Source of the DNA: a virus
Direction: 5' to 3' (one strand)
IMG/VR virus record: IMGVR_UViG_3300036716_000695
Coordinates: 1 to 64,000 of that record
Length of the DNA stretch: 64,000 nucleotides
Made by a program: the position numbers and the translations under genes. Shown here piece by piece: positions 11,901 to 20,900 of the stretch (position 1 is the first letter of the stretch; every line of letters begins with the position of its first letter). The notes below the pieces were generated by a model. That model saw only the letters and a list, made by a program, of their open reading frames with translations. It did not search any database and was not told where the DNA came from.

Positions 11901-14900
11901 TATAAAGAAGCAGTTGAAAAGTATATTGAAACAAAAGAACAAGTTCAACTTCTTAATGAAATAGCTAAACTTACTGATCACAAGGGTAACATGGTTATAC
12001 CAGACCCTAATGAAGTTAAAAAATTCTCTATAACTAATAACCCATATGATCTTAAGACGTTCTATACAGAAGCAGGTACAGTTACAAAAAGGTTTAATGC
12101 AACTACAGTAACACAAATCAATGAAATACTGGGTGCCTATGCAAAAATAACTGAGCAGGATACAGTAGATCAAAAGACAGAAGAAGCACAAGCTGAAGAA
12201 ACAAGGGCTGATGTTGAAGAGATACTCAGTGAAAATGGAGTAGAGATAGAACTACCTACTGGTGAATCCAAAGTATATACAGAAATACTAAGAAAAGGTT
12301 ATAACAAATATCTTGCTGATCAAGCAAACTTAAATAAAAATGCAGTAGACTTTAATGCTTGGATTAATACAGAAAATGGTAAAGCCTATAGACAATCATT
12401 TGCAGCAATTAAAAAGATATGGATAGCAAATGATAAGTTAACAAACCCTAATAGATCTTTAACCCCAGAGCAGATTGAGAATGATGCAAACCTTATAAGT
12501 TGGTTAACATCTCAAGAAGGAAAAACAAATGACTTGGTTGCTAAAATATTAGACAAGACTGGTTTAACCATCTCAGAAATAACAGGTATACAAGAACAAG
12601 CACCTACAAAGAATAAACCATACAAGGGAAGAGCTAACACAGATGTTATTGAAAGCGGATCTTATGTAGCACTTGTACAAACTGAAACAGAAAACAAAAA
12701 TGGTGAGAAAGAATTTCTTTATCAGTTGTTTGAAAATAGTACTGGTAGATTACTAGATGCTGAAATACTAAGTGCAAAAGGATTAGGTAATGTTAATGCT
12801 TTTTTAGTAAAGGGTCAAGCTATATCTGCTTATAAAAGACTAGAAAGTGATCAACCAAACTCAGCAGAGTTTCCATTTGATGGTGTTGAAGGTTTGTCAT
12901 ATGGTCAAAAGGTTTATAAAGATGGAATAGAATATACAATATTAAGTAATCCAAAAAAATTAGCTAATAAAGGAACACTTCTTTTAATACCATCTGATGC
13001 TCAATCATTAACGTATGAGGAAAAGGTAGCACAAAAGGTATTTGTAAATGTAAAAAAAGGTGGGTTTAAAGATTTCTATACACTAGAAGAAATAGATTCA
13101 AAACGTTTACCTAATAGTGTTTCAAGATTAAACTTTAATGAACTTGTTACACCTTATGGTGCAAAGAATGAAGATGAAACTTCATGGAGTATAGCTAAGC
13201 AAAGATATTTTGCTATAATTTCTGAATTATCTCAAGAAGACCTAAAAACTTTAGAACTTGTTGTTACACTAAATCCAGAGGCTGGTAAAAAAGGAGGGCA
13301 ATATACTATACCTGGTAAAGAAAGCAATGAATATATTACACGTACACAATCTAAATACCTTATTGGTATAAGAACAAACAGTGGTGTTGTACAAGATAAG
13401 ATTGATGCATTGTTTGCTAAGAATGGTAGACTTGAAGGAGTAGATCCTTTTAAAAGTGATGCTAGAGTATTTGCTTTTTTACCTAATCAAAATTTTCAAA
13501 TAGAGATAGGTGGTAAAGTATTAACAGTTGATCAGCTTAACCCTAGTCAGTCAGCCAATATATTTGATGTATCTGATAATTTAAAAAATAAATTAACTGA
13601 TGCACAAGTATTAGAAATAGTAAAGGAAAAATATGCAATAAATAATGCTCTCTTGGCAAAAATAGATGAGCAATTTGCAGAAAATTCAACAGATGGGAAC
13701 ACAGCAGTATTGTCTAAAGAACAATTACCTGAAGGATTTTCATTTAATTCTACACTTGGTAATGTTGTATATGATAAATCAGATAAAAAATTAACTGATT
13801 TAGAATACAATGCAGCAGATGAAAATGGTAACTATTTGATTTATCAATTAGAAAAAAGTAAAACTGGAAGATCTAAAATAGTTATTACTAATCTAGAAGA
13901 AGATGCTAGAGAAGAACTAATTAATAAAGTAGAAACACAATTAGAAAAGCAAGGTTTACTAAGTGAGTTAAGCAAAGGAACAGATGCTTATAAAGCAGCT
14001 GTACTTTTACCTGATGGAACTTATAGACTTGTTCCTTTAAAGTCAGAGTCATTAGAAAATGAAGCAACTGATAAGCTGTTTGTTGATTTGATTACAAGAG
14101 CACAAAAAACACAAGAGGAAAATAAGAATGGAAAAGACCCTTCTTATAACAAAGAATGGAATGATAATCAAGGAGTGTGGATTAGTTCTTATCCAGGAAT
14201 AACGGTAAAGCTTGAAGTAAATAAATATGGTAAAGTTCAATTGTCTATTGTTAAAGATGGTAAATGGACAAACTTAGAATTAACACGTGATGAGGTTAAC
14301 GCAGCAGAAGATGTAGAAGTTAAGATCCAAAAATTAATTGATAGAGCTAATGAAACAACTGTTTTCAAAACAGCAGTTAGTAGTCCAGAGACAGGAAGTA
14401 AAATAGGTTTTACTTTATCTAGAAAAAACTTTAGAACATCTTATTCTAGAAGTGTAGGTGTTAATGAATTAATTGAGAAAACAACAACTCAAGCTAAAAC
14501 TCAAGTTGTAGGTGTAAATACATTAGAAGTATTTGCTCCTTCAGGAACTACACAGAGTTCTTCTAATACAGAAACAACTACATCAGCTACGTTTACTCCA
14601 ACCAGAGATTATACAGATGCAGAGGGTAATCCAATACCTGCAGGCCCAGAGATGACAACTGCAAGTTCTAAAGAAAAAACTTTTACAGCAGAAGAATCTG
14701 AATATAGTATACTAGACTTAGAAGATAGTGAGTTTGATGCATATAAGGAAAATGACTTTAGAGATCTTCCTTCTTATATGATAGAGCATATTGTAAACAA
14801 AATCATATCACCAGAGGGTGGAGTTGCGTTAAGAGAAAGAGAAAGACAAGTTTTTGAAAGTCCACGCAAGTCAGAAATAATGACTAGAATTGCTATACTA

Positions 14901-17900
14901 GGTGGTACAGTTAAAGAAACAGAGATATCAGAAACACCTTTAAGTAAAATTGATAAAGAATTAACTGCTCTCAAAAAGAAATTACAAGAGGGTAAAAAAG
15001 GTGCAGCAAAAAGAAAAGCTTTAAAAGATAGTAAGGAATATCAAACATTACTAAAAAATAAAAAAGCAATAGAGTCTGCAGCTAATAAAGTAATGCCTGC
15101 ATATACAGCGCAGGATTCAGAGAATGTAGATGTCTTTATGGCTTGGGCTGCAAACAACCTACCTGACTTCATTAGTATAGAGGACATAGGTGTATTAGGT
15201 AGCAACTTAAAAGCGGGTGGTGTAAGAGTTGGAGCTTTTGCTTTAAACTTACATGCATTAGCAGGAGGAATGAAAATTGGTGGAACAATATACACCGGTG
15301 CTAAATCTCCATTTAGATATCATGAAGCATTTCATGGTGTGTTTAGAATGTTGCTAAGTGATACAGAAATTAATAAGTACTTATCAATTGCAAGAAAAGA
15401 AGTAAGAAGCAAATTAAGAGCAGAAGGTAAAAACTTTTTACAAGAACTAGAAAGATTTAGAAATTCAGCAGACACATATACTAATATGAGTAAGGCTAGA
15501 TTAGAACAAGAATATTATGAAGAATATCTAGCAAATGAGTTTGAAGCATTTAAACAAAATCCAAAAAAGACTAAAACAGATTCCGGTGTCAAGTCTTTAT
15601 TTACTAGGATTATGGAGTGGATTAAATCCGTATTTAATTCATACAATAAAAGTGAGTTGCTTACTTTATTTGAAAACATTGATGGTGGTAAATATCAGAC
15701 AGCGTCAATAGCTAACAATCAATTTATTAATACTCTTACTACAGGAGTTACAGTAGAAGCAAATGCATTAATACCTTATGATTCTATACAAGATGGAAAG
15801 AAGGTAGGTTTTTATTATTTAGATAGTGCTGTAGCTGATCCTATGATTAGAAGTATTGCTGCTATGTATTTACAAGCAGAACGTCAAGTTACAGAAACAG
15901 GTGTTAAAAGATCTGAAATATTTGATGCTGTCATAGATGATTTTTACAATCTATATGATCCAGAGAATGTAATAAACCTAGATAAAACAGATGCACAAAG
16001 AGAAGTATTAGAAAATATAATTTTAGCATTAGATAATTATTTGGAGGTTATAAAACCACAAGTATATTCTGTATTAAATGTTATAGATAGTCAGATTACT
16101 GAAGAAGAATATAACACAGAGTACTTTGAAGACTCAGTAGGACTAAGAAGTATTGATCAGTGGAATACAGATGCATCATTAATTGGTGGATTAGAATCTA
16201 CACCGAGACATATACGTGCTTACTTGGCTACAACTACTAAAGAAGAAACAGATTTCTTTGGTAATAGAGAGTTAAAAGCTGGAGTACCTTTAATTATACC
16301 AGTAGAGTTTAATAAAGTATATAACGGTTTACTAAAAGCTGTTAAGAATATTGAAGATCCAAAAAAGATGTTGCGTACAATGTACTTCTTTGGACAAGAT
16401 AATCTTGAAACAGGAGCAGTAGTGTCAAGATTATTGAATGATCTTGGTGTTAGTAAAGAAGCTTTGTTATCAAATAGCCCTTTACCTTTAGAATTAAAAA
16501 ATCCTAGTTTGTTTCAAGCATTCACTAAAGCTTTTGAAAACTTTAGAGTAGAATATATATTTAGTCAAAGAGATTCAGCGGGTAATGTTATAATGTATTC
16601 TGCAGCTGAAAGAGATGATATAAATTCTCAAGTAGATGTTTGGTCACAAGCATGGAATGATGCAGAAAAGAAAATAAAAGTTGATTCTAGTAGAAAAGAA
16701 ACTGTTGAAAAAACATTAGGTGCTTTTGGTAATTTATTATTGCCTTCATCAACACAGAAAACAGATAAGGAAATTAGTGAGTTGTCTCAAAAATACTCAG
16801 AGAAAATATTTGAACTTACAGGTATAAGACTAAGTAAGCAATACATTGCATTTAGTTTAACAGCAAACAGACCTCAAACCGAAGAGCAGGGAGCACTTCA
16901 GAGTGTGCATTCTAATGAAACACCTATTACTGAAGAGGCTATCCGTACAATGAATATATTGATTCAAAATGGTGAAGATATTTTTAATGAGGGTGAAGAA
17001 GGAATGTATTCTAGATTAAGAACCCTAGCTATTAATAATGCACCTTTTGATGAAACAATTGGTTTATCTGTATTTAAAAATAGTGAGGGTAATTTAGTTT
17101 ATGCTCATCAAAAACCTACGTATCATTTAAAGCAAGTTGAAAAATTAAATACTGATGTTCAAGCTTTAGAAAAATTAAAACAAGAGAATCCTTATTTGAA
17201 AAATAATTATCTTTTAAATAATGATGCGTTTATACAAATGTCTGCAGAGAACAGACAAAAAATATTAAGAATTGCTGGTACAGCTGTTGGTAATATAAAT
17301 ACTACTGAAGAAGAAATAAATGAAAGTATTTCTGGATTAAAGTCTAGATCCACTTATGGTAACTTCACACCACAAGAGTTTGCACTAAATTTACTGAACT
17401 CATATACTTATGGTGTTAATACCAAATCTAATAAAGCTAATTTTGTAGAGTACTATGATACTAAGCTTGGTAAGAATGTTAAGGTTGCTTTAGCTCCTTC
17501 ATTAATAAGGGTATTAGAATCTTCCAACACGGGGGATATGATGAACCTTCCTGTAATTAAAGCTGTTGAGTTTGTTAGTGGATCAACTGGTGCTGTAAAA
17601 TTAACAGATGAGGCTGTTGATACATATATAAGTTCAATTGAAACAGAGTATGACCGTATACTAAGAGAGTCAGCTCTAAGACGTGATAATCCTTTGCAAG
17701 TACAAAAGCTAGGTTATAATACTGAAGGAGGTAGAGCATACAAACTTCATAACTCTGCTTTATTTTTACCTCAAACAATAAGAATTGCACTAGAAGAAAT
17801 AGCAACACGTGATGATGCAAAAAGTTTGTCTGCTGCTTTATCTGAATTAGATATGACTATGGCTGATCTTAAGTCAAATGTAGTAGAAAGTTTAGAGCAA

Positions 17901-20900
17901 CAATTTGAACTGTTTAAAGATGAGCTTAAAACATTAAACATAAATGAAGAAATAAGCAGTAAAGTTAGAGAAGGTTTGGTAAATAAAAATGTAAAAGCTA
18001 CACCAGATCTAATACAGTCAAATCAATTGCTAAATTTAAATTATGATCAAGAATATAATTTAAAACAAATCTTTTTTAATAACTGGATTAATACAAAATC
18101 AATCAATGAGATATTATTAGGAGATCAAGCAGTTACTTTAAAGAATGGTGTAGATGCTATTAAAAGAGCAAAGGCACAGAATGCTTCAACAGTTAGTGCT
18201 TATAGTGCAATTACTGCTCCTGAATTAGGAATTAATCATCCTGTTGATAATATAAGTTTAGTTTCTTTAGAAGAACCAATTGGTGTATCATCTGTAACAG
18301 GTGACAATATTGATATTGCTGATGCACAAATGTGGATGACTACAAAAGCATTTAGATATATGTTCTTTGGTTTTGGTAAATTAACACCAATGCAAGCCAA
18401 ACTTATGGATAAAGTAGAGGCAGGAGAAACAATCTCATCTGAAGATATATTTGGTCAAGACGGTTATGTTAGTAATGGTGTAATGCTTAATTCTAAAAAA
18501 CTTGTTTATTTTGATGGTAGTACATTTATAAAGATGTCTGCTTTTATATTGACACCACAACTTACATCCAATAAAGTTGTAAATGCTAATGGTGAAGTTA
18601 CATATACTGCAAAAGAAAATAGAAAAGAATTACATGATCTAAGAGTAAAACTTGAAGGTATAGAAGCAATAAAAGACAAACAAACACTTGGTATTGCTGC
18701 GCCTTTGAGTGCTTTAAAAATGTTAAAGCAAAAAGTAAAAACATTAGAGGAAGTAAAAGCAGATGGTCAATTCAGTGAAAATGATTTTACATCATTATCA
18801 GCTAAAAATATGGGTCTTCAATTAGAGGTACCTTCTAATAAACTTGAAACTGTTGAGCCTTCACAAATTAAAGCAATTATAACATCAGAACAAAAAGATG
18901 ATGTATTTGTCAAAGAGCTTGGTTTAACTGTAGGTCAAATTAGAAAAGCGTACAATGAAGCAATTAGTGCTAGAGTTGAATTAAAGTTTAAGAATAAAAG
19001 AAATCTTATTTTTACTTTTGACAGTGCTATGGAAGAGTTAAAAATCTCTATGGCTAAAGATAAGCTTACACCTAACTTAATGTCTTTTTTAAGATATGCA
19101 ACAGAAGGTTTAAAGGCATCACAATCTAGCTCACAACTATTAGAGTTTTTCTCTACTGAAGAAGGAGAACAAAAATATGATTTGAATAACCCTATAACAA
19201 TTAATAAGTTTGAGCAATTATTCTTAAGTTATTTAAGTAAAGGTGTTCTTGCTGAAAAACAACCGGGACATGCTTTAGCTTTGGTTTCTTCATACGGTAT
19301 GAATATATACAGAAGAGTTTATAGTGTAGATGAAAATGGTATTCCAGATAGATCAGAAGTTATTAGAGAAAAGTACTGGAACAAGATATCTAATAAACCA
19401 GAAGTTGTAGAATTTGACACACTTCTAGGCAGAAAGATTCCAAAAGAAGGTGTTGTAGTATTAGACCGTTTAAGATCTGGTGTTAAAGAATATGATAGCA
19501 AAGGTGTGTTTACAGGTCAAAGATATACTGAAATGCTAATGCCAGCACATTTTAAAAGCGTAATGGATTTAGTTGAGAATGGTAGCATGGCTAATATACC
19601 TGAAGTTATATCTAAGATGTTTGCAATACGTATACCATCTCAAGATAATCATTCAACAATTAATATAAAGCATGTAGATTTCTTACCTGCCTTTTATGGT
19701 TCATCAGCAACATTTGCTCAAGAACTTGTTGAAATATCAGGAGCGGATTTTGATATTGATAAAGTATATGCTCAGATTAAAGAGTTTTATGTTAAAGATA
19801 AAAAGTTTATTGAATACGGTACTGCTAAAAATAACAATGATGCATATGATGACTATATTAATTACATAAATGAAAAGGTAAACAAACCAGGTACAATTTA
19901 TTCTGAAGCTTATCAGTTATACAAAACAGATGAAGGATCAGCAAGAATACAAAACAGTGCAACAGAAGCTGAGGTTGGCGTTGCATCTGATGCGGGTGCT
20001 AGTGAGCAATCTATAAAAGCATTGCAAATGTTAGGATTACCTATTACTAAAGGACAATATGTAAACTATATAAAGAAAAATAAAACTGAACCTTATGAAG
20101 CACCATATAACAATGAAGTATTAGATTATAAATATGCTTTAATGGGTAATACAGGTGTAACTGAATCAACTGAAGGTATACCAATATCTTATACAGCAGC
20201 AAACTTAGAGATTTTAGAATCTGAATTAGCAGCATTGGTACAACTTTCTGAAACCTTTGCACTACGTGATAGTGAAGACTCTGTGGATATTGATAATTTA
20301 CTTGGTCAAATAAAAGCGTTTACAAGCAACAAAGGTGCTGCTATTGGTGCAATTGTATCTCCTAATGTTAACTTAAGTTTATTGACTGAGTATAAGATAA
20401 AACTAAAAGGTGATAACGGATTAAATTTTAATAATGTAACCTATGATAGTTTTGCAACATTAACTGAGAAACTTACCAAAACAAAAAATGGTCTTAGAAA
20501 GCAAGATATTATATCTTCTTTAATTACCATGGCTACAGATAATGCTAAAGAAAGATTAGTTGCAAAACTTGGTCTTAACAGAGCAGCATTATCATTGGTA
20601 GGTACAATGACAGGTTTAGGTGTTCCAATTAGAACATCCTTACTCTTAGTCAACAATCCATTGATACGTGATATCTATAATGAAGCTTTAAATAAAAAAG
20701 ATAAGTTAGATCCTGGAGTTAAGGCATTATCTAAAACTGCATTTGAAAATATTTTTAAAAGAATTGGGAATCTAAATGAAAAAGTAGTAGAGGTTGTAGT
20801 AACTGATGAACTTTTATTAGAAGCTATTAATAGAACAGGTAAAGAAAGTATTGCTTCATTACAAGCAGATTTAGCTATACTAGATCAGTTTATATCTGCA